Shown: positions 12,434-27,443, numbered from the stretch's first letter. The stretch is DNA of 64,000 bases from Lingula anatina (GCA_051362555.1 CM120640.1:23298225-23362224), one strand, 5' to 3'. Translations and numbers: made by a program. The notes: generated by a model from the sequence alone, not told the origin.

Positions 12434-15400
12434 CTTCGCTTGATATGATCAGAGGCCTGGTGTGCATTTAATGCGTTCAATTCTGACACAACGTATTTTG
12501 TCAATTTATCGTAGTTACTTTTCCTTCAATTTATTGCTGGCAGCATAACACAGCGCTTGAGTATTCATCATAGAGAATTTGGGATTAAAAACAATATGAC
12601 CCCAGTCACCTATAATATGGTTCTATAAAACTAACGTCCCCTTCCATTTTTTGTTCAACCCTTAACTTCAAAGTGACCGTGTCACAGCCTTTTGTCTTTT
12701 TTGTGCCATGTCGCTGACTATCAATCACGGGGCTAAATTAATAAATTACTGATTTAATTAGCCTCAGGAGACAAGGTGACTCCTGGCTGACACTTATTCC
12801 CCACAGACTTCGGTTGCCTCGTTGCAGCCAACGTCTTTGCAAATGCCCTCAGATGAAATCAAGATGTTTGAATATCACACATATTTTATCAACGATCATT
12901 GTTGAAAACCTTTTAGAGCGGTTCATGAACAATATATTACTGTATGAGAGACTTGTAGATTGGTACTTGGCCTCCGTCAACAAGGGATGTTGACTTCTAA
13001 GTAAATCTTTGTTTGTCGTGCACGCCATAGTATCATGTATAAGATATGTGAAGACTAATAAATATCTCATGGCGCCAATTCAATTCTTCTTTTTTGTTTA
13101 AACGTATTCGCGTCGTGCGGATTAATTTCACCGTTTTCCTATATTTGATTCCAAAGACAGTAAGAGATAAAGAGCATTTGTCTTTGCTTCTCAGTAGCAT
13201 TGCATGACTAGTTGAATTGGGCAATGTATTTTATTTAAATTCAAATCGACGTCCACACTAAACGCAGGTTTCTATTGAATAAAGCCTAGAGAGACTAGAA
13301 TGCAAAGTTTAATGAGAATTAACGTGATTTTGACTGATAATATACGGTATGTCATTTAATCTTTTCTCAGATTATCTGGACACTCCAGTTGAATAAACCA
13401 AGGCGCTTACACGCAAAATTCAATATCCGCACAACTGTAGCGAACAAAATTTCCATTTTAGTGGTAGCATGGATTACAGCGACATGCACATGATTAAGTC
13501 ATCCCTTCCGGTTTTCCACAATCTTCAAGATTTTTTTTCAATATTAAAGGGATAACAACTCTTCGTATGAGATCTGTATTTCACAATGAATACATTGTAA
13601 ACAACCCATAGAAATATAATATATTCTATTTTACCACAAAAACTTTAAAAAAAAAAAAGGGACTTACTTTGAATGTTGAAATGGATTCATTAACCACTGG
13701 TAAATATGGGAAAATTGCTGTTTACCCCAGGAAAATTCATTTTTTGGCCAAAATGAATGGTTGTTATCCTTTTAAGCAAATAGATGAAGAGGTCGGGTAT
13801 CAACTTAAACATCTAGGAGACCTTAGGGTTGAAAATATTCAATGTTTTCCTTTTTCAATTATCTTTTGATTGTCAACATGGCTGCAACATTCTGCGACCA
13901 AGAGGTTCGGCAAAACGGCAAAACGGTATGGCTGTTCCACATCATCTCTTAGCATCTGTGAAATCTTCTATCTTACTTAAAACAGGCACGAGACACACAC
14001 CTGGTGTTGCCAGCACAGGCTTTAAGTGTATTTAGATCCTACTTGTACCATAATAAAGAGCCTCTAATTTTAATTCATTAAGTAGTCTTGTATATGGTTG
14101 CATATCCGTTGTTCAGAGTGTATGGGTCTATTTTGTCTCTTATCCTCATGTAACTCATTGATTACGAATAACACAAGTGGTTATAAGTATAGAAGATTAA
14201 GAAATTTCCTAGAAACTTGTTGCCTGTCGCTGTGTCCTTTGTCACGACTGCATAGAGGCATTTTAGGTCGTGGTTTATTGCAGGGTACACATGTAGCCTG
14301 CGAGATAATATTGAGAAAAATGTTCAACAGCGTTCACTATGTTGTACAAACCTAGCTCCTACAATGACTGAGTATCGATTTTCTTGGGGTTTGATTTTGT
14401 CTGATCTGTTCATTATTGTCACCTCACATCCTGATCCCTAATAAAACGCCCCCTTAAGAAACTTCAATCAGAGAATTTTCCATCAGATCTACAAGTAAAA
14501 AAGTTATATTTAGACAACCCTCATGTCCAAGACAGATGATATATTGTTTTTATTTTGGTTGCTGTTATGCAGTCTTACGACAAAGAATCCCTGTTAAGCT
14601 CAATCTCATAGCGAGAAATAAACAACAGTTTCAATGACGCTGTATACAATGCACCAAAGTTTAATAACTATAAATGACTAAGATAACAAGTAAATGAATA
14701 CTGGGTAAAGTAAGAAATAAAGTAGAAATAAATGAAAATAAATTTGACAACAAACGAATATTTAAAAGGAAAAGTTCAACAAATTTGCCTCCCCTCCTTC
14801 GTCGTTTCATTTACCTTGTTGACCCTATTCCCCATACGTACGGTTTCCTTTTAACTAAAGCAATGTTAACAGATTTTAATGTATTCCATAACTCCCGTAA
14901 AACACTGTCTATGAAAACGTTGTTCATCCTTTACTAAGCTTTATCTGTACGTGAGTTAAAACATGATGCGTTGGAACTCCTACCACAATCCCCTTCACAG
15001 ACATCGCACTCCCAAGTTGTCTTCTTAGCGATTCGTCACAGAAAAAAATTTGAAAATCAATACAAATGCAATTGGACTATGGAAAGAAACAAACAAGAAA
15101 CAATTTGTTAATATACTGACTATTTTTATTTGTCTTTTTCTCCAAGAACAAACACACGGCCTTTGACCCGTTTTTAGACAGATCTTTATGCTTCAATGAT
15201 GTCTGTGTGACTCATATTATTGTACATATAATACTATTTAAATACACCGTATTTATCTGTACTAAACCATTATTCTGTTTTCCTTCAATTTACTGAGTGG
15301 CTTTGTTTACTAAAAAGACAAGTTCCTATAAAAAATCAGCATGATCAGATTCTTTTCCTTTAATATCTTTAGTGGTGTGGAAATGCTGCCTACACTGCAG

Positions 15401-15599
15401 CCACACAAATACAGTGCAATGTCTTCATCGTCTAGCCTCATCACTGATAGAAAAAATTATTTGGTGGCATCATCAGCTAAATTGATATAATTCTTTGGAC
15501 TCTTTTGTGTCATTTTGCGAAGCGTTTGCACATTATACGTTTATTAATTCACTTTGGTAGCAAAAGAAAATTCGTTAAACCGAGGGAGAGGAGTGAGGT

Positions 15600-16190
15600 C
15601 TGCAAGAACCATTGCATAGACCTTACGTCGAAACTGGTGCCATCGTGTGTTTTCCGGTGACTCCATGTGCAACATAAACAGTGAGGACAGTGAGAGCATG
15701 GGGAACATCAGCCACTGCCTATTTAACAGAGAACGTGTCCGCACAACGCACAATAATAGTTTGGGGTGCATTGATTACTGGTTCTGGGTTATGGGATCCT
15801 CAATCACCAGCACAGCATTGGAATCCTGGACCAACACCTTTTGTCATTAATAGAAAACATTTCTGCGGACAGGAATCATCCGTTTATTTCTCAGGATGAT
15901 AATGCCACACCTCGAAGGGACGGGGAAGACCACTAGCGGCTTCGCCAGCAATAAATCAACAGGATGGACTGGCTGGCGCAATCCCCAGTCTCACCCCCCT
16001 TTGAGCACATGTGGGACGGTAGTAGAAATCAGGTGGCAAATTTTCTTCCCCTTTAACAAAAACACCCTAATCCACGGTGTCTTTAGAACTTAGCCCAACA
16101 TAGCCCCCCAAAATGACTTCCTCCTCACGAGTCTTTGCCCTGAAGGGCGGTATCAATTTTGAGGCCATGTGGCTATCCTACAAAATATGT
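15600..16190 (+). mobile_element. Degenerate Tc1/mariner (Tc1-like) transposase remnant
   Basis: Frameshifted fragments occur in the expected order. WCHRVFSGDS resembles WxxVLFSDES; IIVWGA resembles VMVWG; QDDNATP resembles QQDNAxxH; MDWLAQSPVSPP-EHMWD resembles LDWPAQSPDLNPIEHxW; and GYPTKY resembles the C-terminal GGxTKY. Confidence 0.85.
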
Positions 16191-16260
16191 ATGGTGATCT
16201 ACATGTAAAAACATAACTTACATATATTTTAAACCTATTACCGGGTATATAGTAGAATTA

Positions 16261-16514
16261 GACCCCATTCGAATACACACCATCGGTCTACGTTGATCGA
16301 CCCAACTCTGCGAGATCTCTCGCTGAATGCAATCAGCTTAACTAAATGACACGCCTCCTCTTGTTTCCAACGTATACTCGTATAATCACCAGCTTTTCTG
16401 TATTCTACTTAACGCCAGGAGGCGTACTTAATCTGTTAAACTGTCTGTATTCAGCAAGAGTCCATCGTAGTTAGATCAATCTACGTACATCTATGGTATC
16501 TATGGAAATGGGAC
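16261..16514. mobile_element. Fold-back MITE family A, copy 2
   Basis: TTA|GACCCCATT...GGAAATGGGAC|TAA termini. The internal GATCGACCCAACTCTGCGAGATCTCTCGCTGAATGCAATCAGCT and TAGATCAATCTA segments resemble the copies at 7354 and 58683. Confidence 0.55.
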
Positions 16515-18636
16515 TAAAATCACTTGACATAGCCAAATATCAATAAAATACAAACAAGAAAAAAATGGATATTTAACTGTCATTCAACTGAAAATAGCAT
16601 GGTGCAAAACTCTTGTCATCCCCTGAAAGTTCCCCAAGAGACCACTTTTTAAATTGATAGGTAATATAAATAGATATTGTGATTGCTATAATAATAAAGC
16701 CGATTTGTATTTGTTGTCTTGTTGTCCGATTTTTTCGTGAATAATCCTATTTTTATTAATGAATGGAATACCAATGTTGTAAAAGCACACCGCATAAATG
16801 CTGAGAAATAACAAAACATCAGACAAAAAAGTGAGATATTTGTTAAGTCTATTTGTAAGGGTTGACATTAAATTGGCCACTCATGTGCCACAGTCACCTA
16901 CGCGCCTGCACTCTAAATGAACCGTTTACAGACACTGCTGTGACTAAAATACTCTTAATTTGGCTTCCGTTGGCAAGCAAGACAGGGATTCCTGCACTCC
17001 CGATGAACAGTTTACAGACATTGTCATTAACAACATTTTGGCTTCAGTCCTCAGTTCACACAGCACCACGTATGGATACATGGACGCGTATATCCTTACT
17101 TAATATGCACGCAGGTGTATTTTACACAAGTAATTAGTTATTGCACTTGCATTAAATGTCATGCAGAAGCGTCGAGTGTATTAATAGTTTAATAAATTAA
17201 AATATATAAAACTAGACATCGAGGTTACGGAGAGTTAAATACCCAAGAAACAAATTTGATGATAACTGTGCAAAATGAATGCGAAAATCATACAGCAAAC
17301 TCATCCTCAACAACGGATGCGGCCTGCCTTCGGAAATGTTCACAATTTTGTCGTTTTCTGGTCAGGCATTTATACACGTTTCTGAACCACCGCATTTATT
17401 TAAACGCTGTAATCAAATGCACTCAACAGTAAGTGTAAAGCTGTTGTTATCCTATATGGGAAAACCATGAGCAAACTCACAACAGGAAATTAAACGAGAG
17501 AGAGAGAGAGAGAGCTTTTACTTTAAAACATAGCAAATATGATTAGTTACTTAAATAAAAATAATGAGGAAAACTGCACAGTCACATTCAAATAAGTCAC
17601 AAAATTTCAGCTGATTTCTTTCAAAGCAAAATAAGATATAAAAGATTTTGACATGGTTTTAACATGCACAAGCCTCCATGTAGCACTATATATTGGATAT
17701 AAGGAAACTTTACGTAACAGCGTTCCAAAAGACAACAAAATGTGCCCATCAGGTTCGAGAAAATTAACCAGTCATGTTGATTTCCGAATTCAACCCGCTT
17801 TCAGTTTTTATCATATATAGCTCCCTAGTAAATTTTAAGTACGACAATAGTCTGGCACTAATGGAACGAACTTTGCCAACATTTATGAAAAAAAACAGCT
17901 TTAGTGAAAACAATACCATCATGCCAATTCAGCCTTCCTTTTTAACAAACAAAACCTAGGAAAATCAAAGTAAAACAAATGTTGGGAAAATAGTGAATAG
18001 TGGAGAAGCTAAATGAATGAATTGGTTCTTTGATAGAGGAAGCAAGAACAGTTTGCCAATGGTAGGAGGACCGATGAATGATACTTTTCAAAGAATATTT
18101 AGACTATTATTTGCCTCAAGCGCTATGGATATGGTTTCGGAATTCGCGAGAGCGCGTTAAGTGTATTTTTTACATGTTCACTTACTGACTTCTGTGCGGA
18201 GAGAATAAAATGCAAAACATACAAATCTCCCAAATATAGCGGATAATTGCTAGGAAATGAAAAGTTCGAGAATTTTTCTATCCAGGCCACTTGACATTTG
18301 GCAAGAGATTTGCGCACTTGTAAGTAGGCGTACTCACGGATGCAACACCAACAAATACGCAGTTATATTGTATGTAGTTTGCTGAACTGGTTATATAGCC
18401 CACTATCACTTTAAGGCTGACTTAAAGCAAAACGTATTTTACAACATATGATGTTAAACATAACAAGTCGAATTAGGATGAACAGAACCAAATAAATCTA
18501 ACCTTAATATTCTAATTGAGCAAAATCAATATGAAATGTACGGTAGAATTACACTGAAGCACATTTATCGTAACAGCCCGCTTTATGGGCTTCGTGTTCA
18601 ACTGTCTGGCCTAAGTGGCTATTAGTAAAAAGCCTT

Positions 18637-19782
18637 CTAACACTTTGTCGTGTGAGTAGCACTAGATGACCTAACAGACATCAGACAACTGTCATGATTC
18701 TTCGTCGACCGACATGACTGCATAAACTGACAATTTTTAGCTTTGTTTATAAGGATGCCTCGAAAGCGTGTACCAGTGATGCAATAGATGAAGATATTAC
18801 ACGCATAGTGCGACAGACAGACTTCCTCAATAATCTTTCGTGCAGTTATGAAGGCAAAGAAAGACTGCCATCTGGCGTCGTTTCTTATTTCAATGTCTGA
18901 GAGACAGGGGTCCCCTTCTGCATATGCGTATCCCAGGGCGTAAACCAGGGTCGCTGGCAATGTCATGAAAATCACGAAAAACGAAACTGAAAGTAACATG
19001 AATGTGGAAACTGTTTTGACATGGCTGTTATCTTGTGGGTGTACCTCTGTTGCATGGCCTGGTTGTGTGGTGACCGGAAGTACGTGGGGTGTTAACTCCC
19101 ACAATGCCTTAATGACGCAAATGTTTAAACCAAGGATAACAAGAGGAACTAAAGCGAATGCAAACAACTCTGTAGACCACGTCCACACTTTTCCAAACGA
19201 CCCTTCGCTTTGAAAAATCTCTGGTCTAAATTCACACGTCTTTGTTTTCCCAATATATTGCCATAAATATGCCTGCAGACTGCACATGGAAAACGTAGCC
19301 GCTATTATGACAAACACTGTGACTTTGGCCCGTAGTTTGGTACAGTGCAATCCAACCTTCAGAGGAAAGCAGACGGCAAAAAATCTTTCTGCTGTGAATG
19401 CCAAGACCAACATTGGGGAGAGATATTGGGGCGTGTAGTAAACGATCATGAATACCTCACAAAGCACAGGGTAATTGATTGTTGCTATGTTCCACGCAAT
19501 TTTCAGTTCCATCACAATGTGAAATATAAGAAAGAGCAAATCTGAAGCTGCAAGAGCTGCCAGGTAGTATGCCGCTGTGTTAGATTTCCGCATGCTACTG
19601 CTGCACCATATGGCACAGGCAATTGCATTGCCTATTATCCCAACCACGTACCATATTGGCGTCACGTATCTATCCACAGCTAGCGCCACTGGAGCATAGA
19701 CATCTAGTATTTCTAACCACTCCATACGGCTGTAAAGGTCAGGTGTACAGTTCGCAGTCGAGTTACAAGCACACTCAGGCAT
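18637..19782 (-). CDS. Class A GPCR, FMRFamide-receptor-like/Srw-like orphan receptor, paralog 2 (381 aa, intronless CDS)
   Basis: Seven TM segments with GIIGN, YLAALAASD, LCE, ERF-FAVCFPL, TLPATLVY and ACNIFIYCITGTRFR. Clearly paralogous to the other two. An in-frame stop about 22 codons upstream supports the ATG at 19782. Confidence 0.93.
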   Translation of the reverse strand: MPECACNSTANCTPDLYSRMEWLEILDVYAPVALAVDRYVTPIWYVVGIIGNAIACAIWCSSSMRKSNTAAYYLAALAASDLLFLIFHIVMELKIAWNIATINYPVLCEVFMIVYYTPQYLSPMLVLAFTAERFFAVCFPLKVGLHCTKLRAKVTVFVIIAATFSMCSLQAYLWQYIGKTKTCEFRPEIFQSEGSFGKVWTWSTELFAFALVPLVILGLNICVIKALWELTPHVLPVTTQPGHATEVHPQDNSHVKTVSTFMLLSVSFFVIFMTLPATLVYALGYAYAEGDPCLSDIEIRNDARWQSFFAFITARKIIEEVCLSHYACNIFIYCITGTRFRGILINKAKNCQFMQSCRSTKNHDSCLMSVRSSSATHTTKC

Positions 19783-19970
19783 TTCAGTGTCCAGGGTTGT
19801 ACAAGTGATGGATGGAATGAATCGACCTGAATCGGTTGTTGACCTTTAATTGACTTCTAACGTTATGAAAGTGCAGGTGTTCACTTTAAAAGGCGTCCTT
19901 TGTTGTCAAAAGGTATCTTTATATTTTGGTGCCCTCTTCTCCAGTAAACGGGCAAATAGAAAAGTGGTGT

Positions 19971-19990
19971 CCTGTAAAAAAGAAAGAAGA
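19971..19990 (-). promoter_or_regulatory. Putative 3' splice acceptor in the 5' UTR of GPCR paralog 2
   Basis: On the minus strand, a polypyrimidine tract (TCTTCTTTC then a T run) ends in ACAG|G about 190 nt upstream of the ATG. Confidence 0.5.
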
Positions 19991-22900
19991 CGAGTTTTAC
20001 TCTCCAAAATAAACAACTTTTTCTTGTGTTACACTGCATTCAGGAAACTGTTTGCAGCTGATTCAAACAGTCTTAACCTTCTCTTTCGACGCACCATCGG
20101 CCTCTGTCGCATTCTAGAGGTATGGATTGCAGATATTTAGTGAATATTAATTCTTAAGAGACTTTTTAAGTAGCTTTTTATTATCACTCTGAAAATCGCG
20201 CATTTATTCGTCGCCTACGCTCATACCTAGCACTTTGTCTAAGAGTTACATACACTATACTTTGGGTAGTGATACGGAAAACGACAAATGTTTTTATTTT
20301 CGGAAAGAAAAAACCTTCTCTCAGATTCAGCTAGTGATCACACAACTGCATTAACGATATTTATAGATTTTTCCTCAGGAAGAGTTTAAATATATCAGCC
20401 ATTCTGCTTCAGAAGTCTTCAACGTCAATGTCTTCTAACAAACGCACAAGAGTGGTTAAATACTAGTACCAATGTGAACATATTGGATTGAAAATGATTG
20501 ATTTCCCCCTCCTTTTTATCACTACATTGTAGCACTTTGTCCTTTTGGAAATCCATAAGAAATTGACAGCAAATGCTGTGAGGATGTTTAACATGAAAGA
20601 TCATCAGTTGCTTCGAATGGGAACACCGTTCATTCAATTCAATTATTGATAATGCTGTATTTTTCACTTTGGTACTGTGCAAAAAGAAAAGACTCTCCTG
20701 TCTCTAATAAACTCCGATTTGGATAAGAAGAAACATCTCTAAAAGGCTACTCAAAGACTATAATAATAATAATAAGATAATTTGAAATTTACAAAATATG
20801 TATATAATTGAGGTTTACTGTATATCACAATGTATGCTACATGTATGACCAAATGACAGGAGTTATAAAATTGTATATTTTCGAAAAAGTCTCAGACATG
20901 GATATCAGGTTTAGAACCGAGTTTAAAAAACTCCATAATTGATTGTTTCATGCAACTAAGCAAATTTGATGAAATTACACAAGAACGCTCTCCCTGAGCT
21001 ACTAAAAGGTCGACAACGTGAATAAACAAGAACAAGCATAACTCCATACCTTCAACAGTGTCTGCCCTGTCTATCAGCGAAACAATTTGGTGGGAAAAAT
21101 ACAAACACCTGGCATGGGCACCCAGTTGCCAGTAGATCTCATCGCTTGCTTCATTTGTTGTAATCATTTTCTGACTAAGGAATCGTTTAGCAGGTACTTA
21201 ACAAGTGCCATTAAGCACGTCGACTGCCAACCTGAGAAATGTTCTCCGCCTTTCAACATACGTCAGTATATACTTCACGGCACTTACTTTATTTATATTT
21301 TTTCGACTGAGTGGAAGTCTTTTCCAAGAATTTTCTTTTCTCTCGAAAGATAATTAGGGTTGAATGCAATTCCTCCCTTTTCTCTTCCTTGATGCACTAT
21401 TCCGGTACCTAAGATGCAAAAGAAACCCGCATCGTATCATCCCGAGCCCAGTTATCCTAGTGTAATTACGTTGCTTAGTCACAGTAATTACCTTCCCAAA
21501 TCCAGCCAACCTGCTGAGATCGATTCTACGGTCTACAGAAAAAAAGGATATAAATGAAAGGTATCTAGCGGGAAGCTCTATTACCCTTTCCTAACAGCCG
21601 GGTGGGTCCTATCATTTAAAAAAAATCCATTGTTTTCGTGTCCAGGTTAGAACTACGGGCCTCAATTACTGTAAAAAGAGGGAGGTTTATCAAGGTTCTT
21701 TTTATGTCCATAAGTACCTTTTTTTTGCAAAGTCCAATGTTAACACCCGGCTAGCCGTTGCTATTCCGATGGCAAGAAAGGATGACCACGGTCATCTTGG
21801 GACAAGAATCAAAGGCTCTAGGTGAATGCTCTAAGACTTTGATTTCTGCATATGGGGTTAAAAATCCCGTTGAATGAAATGCCCTTTGCCGTGAAGGGTT
21901 GTGTTGCGAGCACACGCTTATAGCAAAGATTGTACTTGAATACCGAATGTGAAATAAGTCAATTTACACGTTACGTTCTCAAAAATTAAAATACCTCCGT
22001 AGCTAGTTCTTGGCCAATCTGCTTCATATAGTAGGATGCCGAATGGGGTCTCAAAACGGGTCTCGAATAAACTAAAAACCGAGCTGTCATTAAGGATTAC
22101 TTAATTGATTGTAGAACAGATTTTCTCCAATAGTCTGCTTTACCTGCAAATTGGGACGCTAGCTAATGTTAAAAAGGTCAAAAAACACGATAAGATATAT
22201 CCGTATTCTGTTCTAGAAATTGCTGAAACTTTGCAACTCAGAAGTGTTGCTGAGGTTAAAATTGCTTATGTTTGCTTGTATGCGTGTCATTTTGTTACTT
22301 ATTTGGTAATTTAAATGATACAATTTTACGGAAACAGAACACACGTAGCATATCGTAAATAACCTAATAACGAAAAAGTTTTCTTTGGAATGTTAATTTT
22401 AAAATCTAATAGTATGCAGCTTTAACTCGTATGGCAGATTAAAGATGAAAGTCACAACTCTGTCAAATGCCAAATAAGTATATCTGACGTTAATTCGTAT
22501 CTTCGTAAAACAGTTCCGATTTCTTCTAAATCGTCGTGCAGCAATGATGCGAAAGCATTTAATATCGTTTATTCTCAAGCAAAATTGGATGTTCTACGTC
22601 TAATCGACATTCGTTCAGGTTTGATAGGCTTAATATGACGCCAGGGAAGAGATGAATCTGTGTAACTGTGAAGAAATATGATCTTTGCACATGTATTTTC
22701 TTATCTATGCCACCCATTCCAGTATCTGAACCGTAGGGCGCATTTTGATTAACCTGTTAATCGTTTTACAAGAACACCAAAGTACAATTATAATCAGATT
22801 ATTCTGAATTTATTTATACCTGCTGTCAAATTTTGGGACCTTGCAGTCCAAAAAATTAAATGATCTGGATAACAATGTTGACTAGTCAAAATAAGACGAC

Positions 22901-23604
22901 TGACAAAGAGCACTGTACTTGAAAAAGTGAATGAGTTTCGGTCCTTTGCAGATGCCGCACTTATTGAAACTCCAAAGCCTTGCTCAAAAATTGGCAAAAG
23001 CAGTCCTAACGTTAATTAAAAATGCCATTCTTTTTTCGTACAGTAGTGAAAAAAACAGGATACGACCAGTAAAGATAATTGCTATTGGCGTAAAGGAATA
23101 AATGCAGTCTTCGTGTCCTTTTTCCGACTTGTTTTATTTCAATGTCAACAACAGCTGCATATCTGTTGCTATGAAATTTCTAATCGTGAGCGTGCATTTT
23201 AACTCCTTTCATTACATTATCACTTGATATCTAGTTTCACCTTATGAAAGATCAATTAATAGGGGCTTTACCAGTTAACCTAATGTATATGAACCTGCGC
23301 GATTTCGATGTACAATATAAGCCAAATCTTATAGAATAGGTATAACATATGATGTGTTGTACAGGTACATTGCAAGCGCCTTTTCAACAAATCTCTTTTT
23401 TAATTAAACGATCTTAACGTTCTCCGATATCAGCTACAACGGTTGGAATAAGGCTTTATGTATAAGGCATAGTTTGCATTGCCTTCCATTGTGGTATACG
23501 CAACTTTGTAAAGTGCAAACCTCCTTATCTCACTATTAATTTGGAGATTTTCAGACTTAAACCTAAAATGAAATTCCCAAAAATGGCTGAAGAAAGTATA
23601 CCAG

Positions 23605-24061
23605 GAAAACTTGCAAAGAGCACAACTTTCTTTTCTCATTTAAACGCTCATTTGTTTCCGAGCGTCAATAATCTAATCATAGTTTAAACCAATCAATTTT
23701 TCTTTATGTAAGATTCATGGGGTATATTAAGTCCTGACCAGTGCGCATTGTGATTAAGACTTGTGCCGTGTGACCTGCATATTGACGTTAAAGATTTGTA
23801 TATATAAGTTCAAGTGCTATTGACACTGAATATCATGAAACTTACAAGGAGCACAACCTTTTTTTTCTCATTTAGACGCTCATTTGTTTCCGAGCGTCAA
23901 TAATCTAATCATAGTTTATACCAATCAACTTTTCTTTTTGTAAGATGGGGAATATTGTGTCCTGACCAGTGAGCATTGTGATTAAAACTTGTGTACTGTG
24001 ACCAGCATGTTGACGTTAAAGATTTTGTATGAGTTCAAGTGCTATTGACACTCAATATTAT
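23605..24061. repeat. Tandem duplication, two copies of a ~230-bp unit
   Basis: Units 23605-23836 and 23837-24061 share long identical blocks, e.g. ACGCTCATTTGTTTCCGAGCGTCAATAATCTAATCATAGTTTA, GTCCTGACCAGTG, TTGACGTTAAAGATTT and AGTTCAAGTGCTATTGACACT. Confidence 0.93.
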
Positions 24062-27000
24062 CCACCTGTTTTTGTTTTATTTCATTTATTTAAACATGTA
24101 TGTTCTATGTGAAAACTCACGCCTTAGTTGCCTATTGATTGTCATGACAAAATAAAAATAAACAATAAAAATAAAAGACATCGGAAACTAGTGGAGATAT
24201 TTTCCATTGATTGATTTCATAATGTCAAAGGATTATAAACGTATGTTATATCAAGTTGCGAAGAGACTTCAGGGGGAAATTGGCCGAGATGCTCCGCTAA
24301 TCCATCTAATGCGATCAGTTCAGTTTTCTTTTGATCCTTGCCTTTATTACAATATCAACTTAACAATAATGCTTTGATAAAAACAATATATTATATTGAT
24401 ATATCTGAGTTCAGTGCTCCATTTATGTTTTGTCCACTTCTGAGGAAGTGTAACTTTAGTGAGTGAACGAGAAGAAAGTGATAACCGCATGTTTCACTAC
24501 ACAAGTGCCGATCTTCATTTCCAGCCTGGGAGATCCTTTCCTTAAATATTGCCCTTAAATTGTTCCTCGATTTACAGAATGAGTTTAAAGGCACGGTGGG
24601 AGCCAAGATTTATGGTGAACCAGTATGTTTTTTACGACGATTTGCTGGGTCGTTTGCATGCAATAACATGACTGCAGGTTCTCAATGGCTTCTATTTACG
24701 GAATGACAATTTTTATCTATAGGATTCCATCTACTGTGTAAAACAAGTGTTCTGATGACTTATGTACCCAGGACATTCACATCTAATGAATGCTGCATTT
24801 TTCGTACTTTCTGTCTGCAATGTTCGATAAATAACTCTTGTTCACTTTTTTATAGAAGTGACAATTGCATCGATGGTGTGATCGGTCAAGAAACCAATTA
24901 CACCTCATTTTTACACATTTGGCATAACACACACACACACAAACCGTTACCTTTACGTTATATACTTACATAGCAGAAATAACCACCCGCTTCGGCCCAA
25001 CGTGTTTGAATTGCAATAAAATGTAGTCAATTGTCACTGGCCGCGTTGCCAGAACTTAAATTACCGCCAGTTCGATGTGAAAATGTTATATCTGAATTGA
25101 AAAATGACGTATGCATTTTCATCGACGTATCACATTACAAATAAGACCATACCACCACATCACCAGGCAGAATGAAAGTCAAAAGGGGATTTTCACTAGC
25201 TTTCCAATTGGTACAACAATGTTGTGTGACGACATTGGATTCCCTGAAATATGCCTTAATGCACTGCATCCTCACTTCGTGTCAATCCTAAAGATTATGC
25301 AAATGCCTGGACAAAAAAAAAAAAAAAAAAAGAAAGAAACGCCAATACCATCTGGCATAACGCTTCATCGCTCAGCGCCATCTAACTGAGCAAAATATTC
25401 TATCAGAGTGATCGAATCAACAAGACAAAGGAATTACTTTCCTTAAGACATTCTATGGAAGTCGACGAGACGTGCAAACAAAAGCCTCATTAGAAGGAGA
25501 CAGCGTGGGTTCTTGGTTGGAAAGTGGTTCTTTGTAAGCTAGGTTAAAAAAACTGCGGTTTCCATTATTTATATTCATTATGCATGGGGTAAATGCATGT
25601 TGCAACAAGTTTTACATGCCCTACGTTTTACACACCCATGATTCATTTCAAAGTGTCTGCTGCTAGCAGAACGTCTCTTTAAATAAATTTTATACTTAGT
25701 CTGTAGAACAACAGAATAACAACATAAAAAATAGGTGATTCTGACGATACTCATTATATCAAATGATTGGATGACGCGAAACTGTGATGAAACATGCTCT
25801 AATTTCGATTTGATTAGGCATTAAGAATTATTTTAAGTGCAAAGTAGTACATAACTCCCTCCTCATGTAGCTGCCAGATCCGGTCTTCCAACTTAAAAAA
25901 AGACGTAACTTCTATGTGTTTTTTAATGAAGAAACCTGTAATCTACTTATACATGTATAAATATGGGCAATGTGTGGTCCTTGCGTGGGTTATGTTTATC
26001 TACACTTTCCTTCGATGACCCTTAATGAGTTGTATTGTCTCTTCTTTCAGCAATAACATATCGACTTTGTATACATTACTTTGACACATGATACTTGCTA
26101 CGTGCATAGCGAGGTAGTGTCTTAAAATTAACCCCAAAATAAGGAAAACAACCATTATTAGAAATAAATATTTGTCGGGGGTGTCTCATTTCTGATATTT
26201 TTCTATTATGAAGTCAATTTGTGAAGTACGAAACAATTTGAAGCATGTTTTTCCTATGCAGAGGTAAAAGGATGATATTAACAGATTCCGCTTTTTTGTA
26301 TTAGAATAAGGTGATTTCCATAACGTTTCCAGTACGGGAATCGGCAAATTATGAAATAAGATTATTATATTAGATATCAGATGAATTGATCGTATCCCGA
26401 AAAGTTGATCTAATTTATTACTTAACATCGATTTTTTTTTTATCCGGATTTTCGATCTTGGTCTATATTTTTCAAAAAAAAAAAAACTTTGATATATTCA
26501 CATGGTCATCGCCTCATAACTAGAGCCTCAATACAATTTATGTTTTGAACTTAATGATGTATAGAAATATTTCCAAGTCCAGTTGCTTGGAACGTGTAAT
26601 GTATTGAAGATCACGTAGTTTATTACGAAAAAGATCTGATAGCGTGATAGTAAGTATGGTATATAACGTGACATTAATTCGAGCAACAGAAGAAAAAGTC
26701 TTCGTCGGAAATATCATTGTTGGCACAAAAACTCGCGGTGAAGCGTTACACTTCCTGTGCTCAAATAAAAATCGAATAATTCGATGAACTGGTAAAATAT
26801 GACCGTTTTTATCTTCCGGCATGGGATGGAATCTAAAAGCATAGATCCTATGTCATAACGTACGCAAAAGAGAATGTAGTACTCTCTAACCTGCTTGCTC
26901 ATTACTGTGTCTACTTCTTTCGCCACATTACGTGTACGATAGATAATATACATGTACACAATTTAATAACGTAGAACAACTGCTGGAAATTGTGTGGTCA

Positions 27001-27443
27001 ATCGTATCATATATACGTGAATATAAACAAATTTGATGGTCTTGTGAATTTCTATTTTAAATGGAGAAGAGGAAACAGGAATTCAAAACGAGCACTTTTG
27101 AGAAGTGCTTTAGGTTTATCGAAATTTTAGTTTATATAATATAGTATCAAAGTGTAGTTTTTTCTTTGTATTTGTTAAACTTTTGTACATGTACAAATCT
27201 CATGCTATAGAAAAAGATAAATTAGCAAACAAAAATATATACGGTAAGAACACATGCAGCTGCGGTTTGTGGCATTATGCTCTTCCCCGTGCTCTTTTTA
27301 CCAAAGCAGAAAGGACTCATTACTAGAACTAACTCAAACTTACGGTTAGGTGTTTTGTATAAAGGGATTTGAATTACGCCTGTTCAGATCACCAACACGA
27401 ATGAGTTTGAACCTCAACAGTGACTGACACATACTCGTGCACA

